Positions 51,502 through 63,229 of a DNA stretch of 64,000 nt are shown here, piece by piece. The notes under the pieces were generated by a model. It made no database searches. It was not told the DNA's origin and was given only the letters and a program-made list of their open reading frames with translations. The position numbers and the translations under genes are program-made. Each line of letters opens with the position of its first letter. Position 1 is the stretch's first letter. Source of the stretch: Deinococcus sp. (GTDB taxonomy: Bacteria; Deinococcota; Deinococci; Deinococcales; Deinococcaceae); the NCBI GenBank assembly GCA_965261005.1, contig OZ253375.1:2144001-2208000 (forward strand), read 5' to 3'.

Positions 51502-54029
51502 TGCCGAGTCAGATGTACCGTCAACAAGGCTTTACCAAGCGGTTGGGTGGCGCCAGCTTGGCGCTCACCCTGCTGCTGGCCGCCTGCGGGCAGGTCAGCA
51601 CGCCTGCGGGCCAGGCCCCGAGTCCAGTTGCCAGCGCGCCCAAGACCTTTACCGTGGACCCCGCCCACCGCTTTCTGGAGAGTCAGGTCGTGGTGGGCCT
51701 CGGGAACGGGCTGACGGCGGAGGGGGCGGCGAAGCTGGTCGGGGGACGGGTCGTGCAGGAATTGCCCCGCGTGCGCGCCGCGCTGATCGCCTTGCCGCAG
51801 GGCCTCTCGGTCGAAAAGGCCGTGCGCGTCTTCGCGGGTGCCGGCACGGCGCGCTACGCCGAGCCGAACTACCTGATGACCCGCCCCGACGATCAGGTTG
51901 TCAAGACCGTGGGGGCGCAAACTGTGCCCGGTGTCAGTGCGCAGGACGTGACCCTCAACGACCCGCAGCTGAGCCGCCAGTGGTTTTTGCGCAACATGAA
52001 CGCGCCCAAAGCTTGGGAAACCGCCACCGGCAAAGGCGTTCGCATCGGCGTGGCCGACGAGGACATCGACAGGGGACATCCCGACCTCAAGGCCAACATC
52101 GTGTTTCCCGGCTTCGACGCCCCCAACAACAAGCTGATCACGCCCGCCACGCCTTATGACGGCATCGGCCAGCACGGCACCTGGGTGTCCGGCACGGCGG
52201 CGGCGGTGGGCAACAACGGCATCGGCGGCGCGGGCGTGGCCTATCAGGCGGGCATCGTGCCCTTGACCATCACGCACGACCCCGAGGGCGCCAGCAACGT
52301 GGACTCGGCGAGCGCTTTTGTGTTCGGCGTGGTCGGCCCCGACGGCAAGGCGCCCGGCGAAACGGGCGACGGGGACACGCCCGCCGGCCATCACGGCTAC
52401 GTGGACATCGTCAACTACTCGTTTGGCGGCACCAGCTATTCGCAACTGTCCAAGGAGGCCATCGACTACCTGCTGCTGAACGGGGTGGTGTTCGTGACCT
52501 CGGCGGGCAACACGCCCACCACCGGACCGGCCAGCCCCGCGTGGTCCCCCGGCGTCATCAGCGTGGCCGCGACCACCCCGCGCGACATCCGCACCGACTT
52601 TTCGAACCGGGGGTCACACCTCAGCGTGGCCGCCCCTGGACAGCAAATCTGGACGACGGCGCGCCGCACCCCCGACGAGCAGGACCAGGCGCCCTACGCC
52701 TACGTCGCCGGCACCTCCTTCGCCAGCCCGGCCACCGCCGGGGCCGCCGCGCTGATCTTGCAGGCGTCGGCCACCAAGAATGCCGACGGCTCGATCAAGG
52801 GCATTACCCTGACGCCCGCCCAGGTGCGCCATGTGCTGGAGAACACCGCCTACAAGCCTGGGGGCGGCTACAGCCTCGACCTCGGCAACGGCGTGGTGCG
52901 GGCCGACAAGGCCGTGACCCGCGCGACCCAGAACGCCGCCGCCACCGTCGAGAAGGGCGCCACGGTGCAAATGCGCTTCGTGGCGAGCAGCCGCCCCGAC
53001 GTGGGCGTGCCCCTGGTCGGCGTGACGCTTTCGGGCGGCAAGCGCCTCGACCAGTTGCTTTACGCGCAGTCGGCGGCGGGGGACGGCTATTTCGCCACCG
53101 GCACCGCCACTTACGCGGAGGTGGACGCGGGCATCTACAAGCTCTACGCCTCCGGGCCGCGCAGCGTCATCACGGGCGGCACCCCGGCCGTCACCGTGCA
53201 GACCCTGACGCTCGATCCCGGCGACAATAAGGTCCTCGGCAACAAGGACGGCGTGTTTCCGTTGGCCGTCACGCTGCCCACCGACGCCTTCGAGCCGAAC
53301 AACACCCCCGCGACCGCCGCGAGCATTGACTACGGCATCGTGCGCGACGGCGTGCTGGACCAGGGGGACGCCGACTACTTCAAGTTCACGGCGACCGCCG
53401 GCGACAACGCCTTTGTTAACACCCAGACCGTGTCGGGCAGCCCCGACCTCAAGGTGAGCGTGCTGGACGCGACGGGCAAGGTGGTGGCGAGCAACGAGAA
53501 GTTCCGCGACACCACCACCGACGCCGCCCTGGTCTACCAAGTGCCCACCAACGGCACGTACACCATCAAGGTCGAGGGCCAAAACACCGGCAATCCCTTT
53601 AACACCTACTGGGTGGGTCTCACCAAGCTGGTCGGCAGCGAGACCGAGCCGAACGGCAGCGCCACGGCGAGCGGCGAGACCTTCTCGAAGGTCAACTTTG
53701 CCGGGGCCAACACCCTGGAGATCGGCCAGGCCCGCGACGCCACCCTGTCCAGCGCGTCCGACGTGGACATCTACACCTTCACGGGCGAGGCCGGGCAAAG
53801 CATTCTCGCTGACGTCAACACCAAGGTGGGCGGCGCGCCCGACACCGTGTTGGGCCTCTTCTCGGCGGACGGCACGCTGCTCGCCACCAACGACGACACC
53901 AACACCCAGGACTCCACCGTGGAATACACCTTGGACACTTCCGGGAAGTATTACCTCGCCGTGGCGCCCTTTACAAGCGACCGGGGCGGCAGCCAGGGTG
54001 ACTACCGCATCAGCCTGACACGGCGTTAA
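51501..54029 (+). CDS. S8 serine protease lipoprotein with C-terminal PPC-like repeats
   Basis: LAAC lipobox; VADEDID..HPDL, HGTWVSG, SAGN, GTSFASP; DAFEPNN, DADYFKF, DVDIYTF. Confidence 0.9.
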   Translation: MPSQMYRQQGFTKRLGGASLALTLLLAACGQVSTPAGQAPSPVASAPKTFTVDPAHRFLESQVVVGLGNGLTAEGAAKLVGGRVVQELPRVRAALIALPQGLSVEKAVRVFAGAGTARYAEPNYLMTRPDDQVVKTVGAQTVPGVSAQDVTLNDPQLSRQWFLRNMNAPKAWETATGKGVRIGVADEDIDRGHPDLKANIVFPGFDAPNNKLITPATPYDGIGQHGTWVSGTAAAVGNNGIGGAGVAYQAGIVPLTITHDPEGASNVDSASAFVFGVVGPDGKAPGETGDGDTPAGHHGYVDIVNYSFGGTSYSQLSKEAIDYLLLNGVVFVTSAGNTPTTGPASPAWSPGVISVAATTPRDIRTDFSNRGSHLSVAAPGQQIWTTARRTPDEQDQAPYAYVAGTSFASPATAGAAALILQASATKNADGSIKGITLTPAQVRHVLENTAYKPGGGYSLDLGNGVVRADKAVTRATQNAAATVEKGATVQMRFVASSRPDVGVPLVGVTLSGGKRLDQLLYAQSAAGDGYFATGTATYAEVDAGIYKLYASGPRSVITGGTPAVTVQTLTLDPGDNKVLGNKDGVFPLAVTLPTDAFEPNNTPATAASIDYGIVRDGVLDQGDADYFKFTATAGDNAFVNTQTVSGSPDLKVSVLDATGKVVASNEKFRDTTTDAALVYQVPTNGTYTIKVEGQNTGNPFNTYWVGLTKLVGSETEPNGSATASGETFSKVNFAGANTLEIGQARDATLSSASDVDIYTFTGEAGQSILADVNTKVGGAPDTVLGLFSADGTLLATNDDTNTQDSTVEYTLDTSGKYYLAVAPFTSDRGGSQGDYRISLTRR

Positions 54030-54045
54030 ATACTCTTTCCTTTAG

Positions 54046-54073
54046 AAGGGACGCGCGCCGCGCGTCCCTTTTT
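54046..54073 (+). terminator. Intrinsic terminator
   Basis: AAGGGACGCGC / GCGCGTCCCTT stem then T-run. Confidence 0.8.
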
Positions 54074-54102
54074 GCTGCTTCCACCTTTGCTATCCTGCCC
54101 CC

Positions 54103-54492
54103 ATGCAGCCGAGGCGCCACACCAAGCAGCGCCAAGCGGTGCTGGACGTGCTGCGAGAAACCCGCAGCCACCCGGACGCCGCCTGGGTCTTCGCCGAGGT
54201 GCGCCGCGTGATTCCCAACGTCAGCCTCGCCACCGTATACCGCGCCCTGGACGCCTTGTCGCGGGGCGGCGAGGTCAGCATTATCGAGCGCGCCGGCGAG
54301 CGCGCCCGCTACGACTACCGCCGCGACCACCACCACCACGCGGTCTGCCGGGCGTGCGGCGCCATCTTCGACGTGCCCGCCGTGTCCGTGTCCGTAGGAA
54401 CGCTGCCGAGTGGCTTTCAAGTCGGCGAGGTGGTGGTGGAGTATCACGGGGTTTGCAGAGCCTGCACACACTGGAAGGCGGGCGGTCCGTAG
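54103..54492 (+). CDS. Fur/PerR-family regulator
   Basis: TKQRQAVL, HPDA, SLATVYRAL, HHHAVCRACG, CRAC. Confidence 0.92.
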   Translation: MQPRRHTKQRQAVLDVLRETRSHPDAAWVFAEVRRVIPNVSLATVYRALDALSRGGEVSIIERAGERARYDYRRDHHHHAVCRACGAIFDVPAVSVSVGTLPSGFQVGEVVVEYHGVCRACTHWKAGGP

Positions 54493-54506
54493 ACCGCCCG
54501 CCTTTT
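54475..54506 (+). terminator. Intrinsic terminator overlapping the Fur-family stop codon
   Basis: AAGGCGGGCGGTC / GACCGCCCGCCTT 13-bp stem plus T-run. Confidence 0.75.
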
Positions 54507-54529
54507 GACTGCCCTTATGAGGTCTTACT

Positions 54530-55198
54530 TTACGAGGTCTTGAGCGCGTAGCCGATGCCGCGCACCGTACGGATGATGCCGTAGCCGTCGAGGTCGCGCA
54601 GCTTGGCGCGCATGTTGGCCATGTGGACGTCCACGACGTTGGAGTTGCTGGGCAATTCGCCGTTCCACACCTCGCGCTCGATCTCCTCGCGCGAGTAGAC
54701 CCGGCCGGGCTGGCGCGCCAAAAAGGTCAGCAGATCGAATTCCTTGGGCGAGAGCCTGACCTCATGGGTGTCATAGTGGCACAACCGCTTTTGCGGGTGA
54801 ATCTCCAGGGCGCCGATCGAGATGATCTCGCCGTGCTGTTGGTGGCGCAGTTGGACCTTGACGCGCGCCACCAGTTCCTCGGGGTGAAACGGCTTGGTGA
54901 TGTAGTCGTCGGCGCCGGCCTCAAGAAGATTGACCTTGCGGTCCACCGCGTCCATCGCCGTCAAGATGATAATCGGCACCGCGCTGGTCTTGCGCAGCCG
55001 CCGCGCCACCTCGGCGCCGTCGAAGTCGGGCAGGCCGAGGTCAAGAATGACCAGCTCAGGGTTATTCTCGCGGGCGCTGGTCAGGCCGCTCACCCCGTCC
55101 GGGGCGGTCAGAACCCGGTAGCCGGCCTGTTCGAGTTCGTAAGAAACCACCCGGCTGATGTCTGGATTGTCCTCGATAAGCAGTATGCGTTGTTCCAT
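54530..55198 (-). CDS. OmpR/PhoB-family response regulator (orphan)
   Basis: LIEDN, LDLGLP, GADDYITKPF, VVDVHMANMRAKL, TVRGIGY. Confidence 0.94.
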   Translation of the reverse strand: MEQRILLIEDNPDISRVVSYELEQAGYRVLTAPDGVSGLTSARENNPELVILDLGLPDFDGAEVARRLRKTSAVPIIILTAMDAVDRKVNLLEAGADDYITKPFHPEELVARVKVQLRHQQHGEIISIGALEIHPQKRLCHYDTHEVRLSPKEFDLLTFLARQPGRVYSREEIEREVWNGELPSNSNVVDVHMANMRAKLRDLDGYGIIRTVRGIGYALKTS

Positions 55199-55323
55199 GC
55201 TGGGCCGTCCTTTGAATGCTGACCGGAAGTTCCATGCATGGTAGTGAACCTGCCCTGCCGCGGTGTAAGCGACGTTTGAACCGAACTTTAGCTATGCTTG
55301 GCCCAACCTTGCGCCGCCCGATT

Positions 55324-56358
55324 CTAAACGGCGTCGCTGCTCCACCACGGCTCGCGCTCCTGGGCGAGCTGAGCGCGCGGATCGCCCAGCTCACCCAGCG
55401 CCCGCGCCAGGCCCTGCCAATCGAGTTCGCTGAAGGGGTCGAGGGTCAGGGCCTGCTGATGGTAGTTCACGGCGTCACGCTGGCGCCCGCCCCGGTGCGC
55501 GAGCTGCGCGGCGAGGCCCAGCAGCTCGCGCTGGCGCGCGTCAATGCGGGCGCGCACCTCCTCGCACCACTCCAAGTCGAGGTCGGGCAGGTAGCGGCCG
55601 TACTGGGCGACCACCTCGCGCACGCTTTCCAAGGTGGGCGCCGAACCCAGCACGCGCCCCGCACGCTCCTCAAACAGGCGCGCGTCGTAGCGCGGGGCCA
55701 ATTCGGGGTTCAGGCAGTAGCGGCGGTTGTGGCTTTCGACCGCCTCGGAGTTCAGCGAGCGGCGCAGGCGGTGCAGCGTGGTGTGAAACAGGCTGGAGGC
55801 GCGCGCCTCGTCTTTTTCGGGCCACAGCGCCTCGGCCGCTTCCCAACTGCTCACCTCGCGGCGCTCCAGCAGCAAGAAGAACAGTTCCATCGCTTTGCGC
55901 GACACCCACGGCACCGGCTCGCCGCGCCACGCCACGCTGCACGTGCCCAGCGCGCGCGCCTCCAGGGCGCTGCTGAGCACGGGCCGGGTGCTGATGCGGC
56001 GCAAACGGGCGTCCACCGCGAGGGTCAGGTCGTGCGGGGTGAAGGGCTTGGGCAGGTAGTCGTCGGCGCCGAGGTTCATGCCGCGGCGCACGTCGTCGCG
56101 CTCAGCGTGGCTGGACAGCAGCATAAAGGGCATGTGGGCCATTTCTGGGCGTTCGCGGACATGCTCCAGAAACTCGTAGCCGGTCATGTACGGCATCACC
56201 ACGTCCGAGATCACCAAGTCCGGCGTGACCTGGTCGAGCAGCGACAAAGCCTCCACGGGATGGGCGCAGGCGAACACTTCGTGGCCGGCGCGCGATAAAA
56301 TGACGCTGACCAGCTTGAGAATGGCCGCGTCGTCGTCCACCACCAGGACATGAGACAT
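55324..56358 (-). CDS. Response regulator with SARP/BTAD-type output
   Basis: VVDDD, SDVVMP, GADDYLPKPF; ALWPE...FHTTLHRLRR; DPFSE. Confidence 0.88.
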   Translation of the reverse strand: MSHVLVVDDDAAILKLVSVILSRAGHEVFACAHPVEALSLLDQVTPDLVISDVVMPYMTGYEFLEHVRERPEMAHMPFMLLSSHAERDDVRRGMNLGADDYLPKPFTPHDLTLAVDARLRRISTRPVLSSALEARALGTCSVAWRGEPVPWVSRKAMELFFLLLERREVSSWEAAEALWPEKDEARASSLFHTTLHRLRRSLNSEAVESHNRRYCLNPELAPRYDARLFEERAGRVLGSAPTLESVREVVAQYGRYLPDLDLEWCEEVRARIDARQRELLGLAAQLAHRGGRQRDAVNYHQQALTLDPFSELDWQGLARALGELGDPRAQLAQEREPWWSSDAV

Positions 56359-56568
56359 GCCTTAAGCCTATCAAAACTTTCTCACAGCATTGCCATATTT
56401 TATACATTGCACTAATCCTGCGGCCGCAAATCAGCCGACCTGCACCACAGATTTGAGCGGCGTGTTAGGCGGCGTCACCGGCTCGCCACACTCAAGCAGG
56501 ACACCCCTGACGAAAAGAGATGTCCTGCTTGGATGCGCTCAGCTAACGATTCGCTGGCGAACAGATCG

Positions 56569-56853
56569 TTAGCTGACGATGCGCTGGCCCCGGCGAATGC
56601 TGAGCTTGTCGGTCAGGGCGATGTAGCCGTCGTAGTCGGTGCGCTCCAGGTACTTTAAGAGGCGCCGGCGCTGGCCGTTCAGGAGCTGCAGGCCGCGCTG
56701 GCCGTGCTTGTCCTTTTTGTTGGTGGCGAGGTGGCGGCTCAGGTTGTTGATGCGCTCGGTGAGCAGGGCGACTTGCACGCTGGTGCTGCCCGTGTCGCTC
56801 GCGCTCTTGGCGTTCTGACCGATGATCTCGGCCTTGGTCTCGGCGTTCCACAT
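56569..56853 (-). CDS. rpsO: 30S ribosomal protein S15
   Basis: [25 protein letters not shown]...RRRLLKYL. Confidence 0.97.
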   Translation of the reverse strand: MWNAETKAEIIGQNAKSASDTGSTSVQVALLTERINNLSRHLATNKKDKHGQRGLQLLNGQRRRLLKYLERTDYDGYIALTDKLSIRRGQRIVS

Positions 56854-56924
56854 ATGAACCTCTAGGTTTCTAAAGTCCCGCTTCGGCGAGCAAACGCGCT
56901 CGCGCCCCCGCCGGGCGGCAGACT

Positions 56925-56953
56925 AATATAGCGCGCGCCCCTTGGGCAATCAA
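56925..56953 (-). promoter_or_regulatory. rpsO promoter
   Basis: TTGATT-17bp-TATATT on the minus strand. Confidence 0.65.
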
Positions 56954-56954
56954 C

Positions 56955-56983
56955 TTGACAAGCCCTGCCAAGCGGCCTATCCT
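56955..56983 (+). promoter_or_regulatory. tRNA-Leu promoter
   Basis: TTGACA-17bp-TATCCT. Confidence 0.8.
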
Positions 56984-57009
56984 AAGCGCGCCCGAACAGG
57001 GTCACCCGT

Positions 57010-57094
57010 GCTGGGGTGGCGGAATTGGTAGACGCACTAGCTTGAGGTGCTAGCGCCGCGAGGCGTGTGGGTTCAAGTCCCATCTCCAGCACCA
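57010..57094 (+). tRNA. tRNA-Leu (anticodon GAG)
   Basis: GCTGGGG/CTCCAGC acceptor stem, CTAGC-TTGAGGT-GCTAG anticodon arm, long variable arm, GTTCAAG T-loop, ACCA end. Confidence 0.97.
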
Positions 57095-57096
57095 CC

Positions 57097-57123
57097 AGGC
57101 TCCCGCAAGGGAGCTTTTTTGTT
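57097..57123 (+). terminator. Intrinsic terminator after tRNA-Leu
   Basis: GCTCCC-GCAA-GGGAGC followed by T6. Confidence 0.85.
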
Positions 57124-57164
57124 GTGGGGCTGTCAGGGTGAGGGTTCTCGTGTCAGGCTGGGGG

Positions 57165-57968
57165 ATGCCCTATCAGGACTACCACACCCATCACCGCCGC
57201 TGCGGTCACGCCGAGGGCGAGCTGCGCGACGTGATTCTAGCCGCCGCCGATCGAAATCTCGTCGCCGTGGGCCTCAGTGACCACGCCCCCCTGCTCCACC
57301 TGGCGCGCGAGGACTGGCCCTTTCCCAACATCGCCATGCCGCGTGAGGAGCTCCCGCGCTACGTCGCCGAGATGGCGGACCTGAAGCGCGAGTTCGCGGA
57401 CAGAATCCCGGTCAAGATGGGCGTCGAGGCCGACTACGTGCCCGGTTTCGTGGGCGCCTACCGCGAGCTGCTTTCCCCGTATGCCCTCGACTACGTGATT
57501 GGCAGCGTGCATTTCGTGGACGGCTGGAGCATCTTTCAGGAGACGCTGCCGGGGGGGGCCAGCCGCGAGGAGATGTGGGACCGCTATCTGGTCCTGACGC
57601 GGGAGGCGGCGGGGTGCGGGCTGTTCGACATCCTGGGCCACCTCGACTGCCTCAAGACCAAGGGCCACCTGCCGGAGGACTGGAACACGCCCCGCTTGAG
57701 CGAAACCCTCGACGCCATCGCCGACGCCGGCATCGCCATCGAACTCAACACCAGCGGCTGGCGAAAACCGGTGGGCGAGTGCTTTCCGAGTTTGCCCATT
57801 TTGGAGATGACCGCCGCGCGCGGCATTCCGGTGTGCCTGGGCAGCGACGCCCACCGCCCACAAGACGTGGGGGCGGACTTTGGCCGGGCGGCCGAGCTGC
57901 TGAGGGGGGCGGGGTATCGGGAGTTGGTCAGCTTTGAGGGCCGGGAGCGCTCGCCCGTTCCTTTGTAA
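57165..57968 (+). CDS. PHP-family histidinol-phosphatase (HisJ/HisK-like)
   Basis: DYHTH, SDHAP, GVEAD, IGSVH, GHLD, ELNTSG, GSDAH. Confidence 0.9.
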   Translation: MPYQDYHTHHRRCGHAEGELRDVILAAADRNLVAVGLSDHAPLLHLAREDWPFPNIAMPREELPRYVAEMADLKREFADRIPVKMGVEADYVPGFVGAYRELLSPYALDYVIGSVHFVDGWSIFQETLPGGASREEMWDRYLVLTREAAGCGLFDILGHLDCLKTKGHLPEDWNTPRLSETLDAIADAGIAIELNTSGWRKPVGECFPSLPILEMTAARGIPVCLGSDAHRPQDVGADFGRAAELLRGAGYRELVSFEGRERSPVPL

Positions 57969-58033
57969 GCCGCTCCTTTGTGAGCCGCCCGAACGGGTAG
58001 GGCGCCCCGCCCCGCGCGGCGCTAGACTGGCCT

Positions 58034-59878
58034 GTGACCCGTTTTCGTCCTGCCGCCGCGCCCCAAGGTGCCCCAGAACCCGCCGCCCCCGGCGCGCGGG
58101 CGGCCGACCTGTGGGCGACCCTCAAGCTGGTGTGGGCGGCCAGCCCCCGACACAGCCTCACCTTTGCCCTCGCCAGCTTGGTCGCCTCGGGGCTGCCGGC
58201 GGCCAACCTCTACGTCAGCAAGCTGCTGCTCGACGAGGTGGGCCGGGCGGCCGGCGGGAACGTCACCTTCGCCTCGCTGCTGGGCCTCTTGGCGGTGCAG
58301 GTCGGGCTGGGCATTCTGGGCAGCCTGCTCTCGACGGTGCAGGGTTCCTCGCAGCAGTTGCTTGGGGACGCGCTTCAGCACGGCATCAGCCGGCGCATTC
58401 TCGACAAGGCGGCCGGCCTGAGCGTGGACCTCTTCGAGAACGCCGAGACCTACGACAAGCTGCAACAGGCTTACCGCGAGGTCGGCTCGCGCCCGCTGGG
58501 GGTGGCGACGCAGCTGGTCGGCCTGGCGGGCGCCGTCGTCACGCTGACCTCGGTGGGGGCGCTGCTGGCCCGCTTGGGGCCGCTGATTTTGCCCCTGGTA
58601 CTGCTGGCGAGCTTGCCGGGGGTGTGGGTCTCGAACCGCTTCGGCGTGGAGAACTACCGCATGCTCCGGTGGCAGACCCACGACGCCCGGGTGCAGAACT
58701 ACCTGGGCAGCATCTTGACCTCGGACAGCCTGGTCAAGGAGGTGCGGCTCTTCGGCTTCGAGCCGTACCTGCTCGCGCGCTGGCGCGACTACTACCTGGG
58801 CTTTCGGCGCCAACTGGAGGACATCATCCGGCGGCGCTCGCTGTGGGGCTTCGCGGCGGCGTTGCTGTCGGCCCTGCTGATCGGCGCGGCCAGCGCGCTG
58901 ATTCTCAGGCGGGCGGCGGCGGGGCAGGTTTCGGTGGGGGACTTCGGCCTGTTCGCGCTGGGCATCGCGCAGGTGCAGGGGCAGGTGTCGGGCTTGCTCG
59001 GCGGCGTCAGCGGCATCTATCAGAATTTGTTGTACATGCGCAACCTGTTCGGCTTTCTGGAATTGCCGGCGCGCGACCTGAGCGCCGGCGAGGAATGGCA
59101 GGGGCCGATTGAGACCATCGCGTTCGAGGACGTGGGCTTTCGCTATCCTCTCACCGAGCGCGACGTGCTGAAAGGGGTCAGCTTCGCCGTTAAGGGTGGC
59201 GAGGCCCTAGCGCTGGTGGGGGAGAACGGCGCCGGCAAGACCACCATCGTCAAGCTGCTGACCCGCCTGTTCGAGCCGACCTCGGGCCGCATCCTGCTGA
59301 ACGGCCAGGACGCCGCGCGCTTCAGCCCGCGCAGCGTGCAAAAGCAGATGAGCATTATCTTTCAGGACTTCGGCCAGTACCAGATGAGCGCCCGCGAAAA
59401 CGTGGCCGTCGCCGACACCCCGCGCCTGGAGGACGCGCCGGGTATGGGCGCGGCGGTGGACCGGGCCGGCGCCGCCTTCGCCCACGATTTGCCGGGGGGC
59501 CTAGAAACCCCGTTGGGCCGCCTGTTTCAAGGGGGGCAGCAATTGTCGGGCGGCCAGTGGCAGCGCCTGGCCCTCGCGCGGCTGTACTTCCGGGACGCCT
59601 CGGTGCTGGTCTTCGACGAGCCGACCGCCGCCCTGGACGCCCGCGCCGAGTTTGAGACCATTGAGGCGCTGCGCGAGCAGGCTCGTGACAAGATCACGCT
59701 GCTGATTTCGCACCGCTTCTCGACCGTGCGCCTCGCCGACCAGATCGTGGTGCTGGAGAACGGCGTCGTCAATGAGGCGGGCACCCACGCCGAGCTGCTC
59801 GCGCGCGGCGGCACCTACGCCTCGCTGTACCGGCTCCAAGCGCGCGGCTACGCCGAGGAAGGTGTGGGGGCGGACTGA
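58034..59878 (+). CDS. ABC exporter, fused permease/ATPase
   Basis: TM domain; GENGAGKTT, LSGGQWQR, DEPTAALD, SHR. Confidence 0.94.
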   Translation: MTRFRPAAAPQGAPEPAAPGARAADLWATLKLVWAASPRHSLTFALASLVASGLPAANLYVSKLLLDEVGRAAGGNVTFASLLGLLAVQVGLGILGSLLSTVQGSSQQLLGDALQHGISRRILDKAAGLSVDLFENAETYDKLQQAYREVGSRPLGVATQLVGLAGAVVTLTSVGALLARLGPLILPLVLLASLPGVWVSNRFGVENYRMLRWQTHDARVQNYLGSILTSDSLVKEVRLFGFEPYLLARWRDYYLGFRRQLEDIIRRRSLWGFAAALLSALLIGAASALILRRAAAGQVSVGDFGLFALGIAQVQGQVSGLLGGVSGIYQNLLYMRNLFGFLELPARDLSAGEEWQGPIETIAFEDVGFRYPLTERDVLKGVSFAVKGGEALALVGENGAGKTTIVKLLTRLFEPTSGRILLNGQDAARFSPRSVQKQMSIIFQDFGQYQMSARENVAVADTPRLEDAPGMGAAVDRAGAAFAHDLPGGLETPLGRLFQGGQQLSGGQWQRLALARLYFRDASVLVFDEPTAALDARAEFETIEALREQARDKITLLISHRFSTVRLADQIVVLENGVVNEAGTHAELLARGGTYASLYRLQARGYAEEGVGAD

Positions 59879-60010
59879 TACGGATGCCGCTCAATTCCGT
59901 ACAGTCGAGAACAGCGCTCGCTTGTACTCCATACCGCGAAGGGCCGTAGCTCTTTCCTCCTCACGCCGCTCGGAAAATTTCCGTACAGTACGGAAATCTT
60001 CGGAATTCTT
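59879..60010 (-). repeat. Small non-coding structured repeat, copy 2
   Basis: Reverse-complement match to 18021-18151; fills the whole gap between two convergent stop codons. Confidence 0.9.
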
Positions 60011-60011
60011 A

Positions 60012-61547
<1,536 letters not shown>

Positions 61548-61630
61548 GGGCTTAGTGTAGCGAGTGCCGAGAAGAAGGACCGGCATCAGCCTGCTCCACG
61601 CGCTTATTTGTGCCGTGCCATCATGGCCCC

Positions 61631-62293
61631 GTGCCCGACCTGACCGACCTCGCCGCTTGGCTGCGCGTTCGCCTCGGCGCGGAGGATTTGCCCACCCTGT
61701 ACCGCCCCGGCCCGGCAGCGGTCTCCCGCCTCGCGCTGGCCCTGGAGCCGGACGATCTGCCGGAGAACCCCAGTGCCGACGCCCTGTTCCTGCACCGGCC
61801 CTTTCGGCTGGGCGGGCGCTTTCCCGATCTGGGCGTGCTGGCGTCGCACGACGGCTTCGACGCGGCGTTGACCACCGGCCAGAACTGGCCCCTCGCGGGG
61901 CAGCTGGGCTGGCAGGACGTGCGGGCGTTGACTTGGAAGGGGAAACCGCTCGGTTTGCTGGCGGAGTTGCCCGAGTCTTCCTGGGAGGACTTGTTAACGT
62001 CCCTGAAAAGTGAGTTGGGCGGCTGGGACTTCGCGGCGGCGCCCAGAGAGCGACCGGCGCGGGTCCTGCTGGCGAACGCCCTGCGCCCCGAACTGGTCCA
62101 GCTCGCCTCGGACCAGGGCGCCCAAGTCTACCTGACCGGCCAGTTCCGCCCCGGCGCCCGCGCGGCCCTCTCGGAGACCGGCCTGGGCGTGGTCGCCCTG
62201 GGGCACCGCCGCAGCGAGGCGTGGGGGCTGCGCCAGTTGGAGCGGGAGTTGAGGGCGGCCTTTCCCGAGTTGAGAACCGAGATTTACGGCTGA
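61631..62293 (+). CDS. Nif3/DUF34-like metal-binding protein
   Basis: LFLHRP, SHDGFD, YLTGQ, LGHRRSE. Confidence 0.8.
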   Translation: MPDLTDLAAWLRVRLGAEDLPTLYRPGPAAVSRLALALEPDDLPENPSADALFLHRPFRLGGRFPDLGVLASHDGFDAALTTGQNWPLAGQLGWQDVRALTWKGKPLGLLAELPESSWEDLLTSLKSELGGWDFAAAPRERPARVLLANALRPELVQLASDQGAQVYLTGQFRPGARAALSETGLGVVALGHRRSEAWGLRQLERELRAAFPELRTEIYG

Positions 62294-63198
62294 GCGACCT
62301 TCCAGCGCTCCTGCAAGTCGGCGATGGCGCGCTCCTTGCCCTTGGCCTCGACCTCGATCCAGGGCACCCGTGAAAAGGCGCTGGGAACGTGCTCGATCAG
62401 CTCGCTGTGCCGGCGGTCCAGCAGCCCCTCGCGGCCGTTGGACAGGTGGACGATCTGCCAAGCCGGGTCGGGCCAGGTCCCCGCCGCCGCCTCCACGAAA
62501 TACGCAAACGAGGGGTCCTCGTAGCCCGCCAGCTTTTCCTTGATGAGGTGGTGGTGCGCGTCGAAGACGAAGGGAAGGCCGGTCGCTTCACAGATGCCCA
62601 GAATCTCGGCGGCGCCGTAGATGTGCTCGTCATTTTCGAGGGCCAGGCGCGACCTCACGTTGTCCGGCAAATCGCGCGCCCGCTCGGTCAGCTCCGCGCC
62701 CCGCCCGCCCTTGCCGCCGTGGATCAGCAGGGTGTTCCAGGCGCTGCGCGGCAGGTCCATCAAGTCGAGATTGCGGGCGTGCTGGCCCAGGATCAGGCGC
62801 GCGTTCTCCACGACCGCCGGCGAATCGGAGGACAGCACCACGAACTGGTCGGGGTGGACCACCACCCGCACCCCGAGGGCGGCCGAGCGGCGCCCCACCT
62901 CGGGCAGGTCGCCCGCCAACTCGGCCAGCACCGCCGCCCCTATACCGTCCTCCAAGTCGCTCATCGGGAACATCTGCGAGGTCATGCGGTAGAGCCGGAT
63001 GCCGCTGGCCGCGCAGAAGTCGAGGGCGTGCAGCAGCCGCCCCAAATTGTGGCGGTAGAGGTCGCGCAGCTTGTCATAACGCGCGGCCTCGTCCAGCTTG
63101 AGGTAGTTGGTGCGCGTCACGGTCCTGAAGCGCACCTCGTCGGTGGAGGTCATGCAGACCAGCCCCAGTTCGGGAAGGTGGGAAACGGCGTCGGTCAT
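62284..63198 (-). CDS. uvsE: UV damage endonuclease
   Basis: [50 protein letters not shown]. Confidence 0.94.
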   Translation of the reverse strand: MTDAVSHLPELGLVCMTSTDEVRFRTVTRTNYLKLDEAARYDKLRDLYRHNLGRLLHALDFCAASGIRLYRMTSQMFPMSDLEDGIGAAVLAELAGDLPEVGRRSAALGVRVVVHPDQFVVLSSDSPAVVENARLILGQHARNLDLMDLPRSAWNTLLIHGGKGGRGAELTERARDLPDNVRSRLALENDEHIYGAAEILGICEATGLPFVFDAHHHLIKEKLAGYEDPSFAYFVEAAAGTWPDPAWQIVHLSNGREGLLDRRHSELIEHVPSAFSRVPWIEVEAKGKERAIADLQERWKVAQP

Positions 63199-63229
63199 CC
63201 CGGAAGTCTAGAGTCTGGTCGGCCCTGGC

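Noticed and set aside
54530..55198. Naming this regulator DrRRA
   Set aside because: Similar family, but it could be a paralog; orthology cannot be shown without a phylogeny
57010..57130. tRNA-Leu as an integration site
   Set aside because: No integrase and no duplicated tRNA 3' end seen; followed by a terminator and ordinary genes
63199..63229. Radiation/desiccation response motif upstream of uvsE
   Set aside because: No 17-bp RDRM-like palindrome visible; only a -10 box
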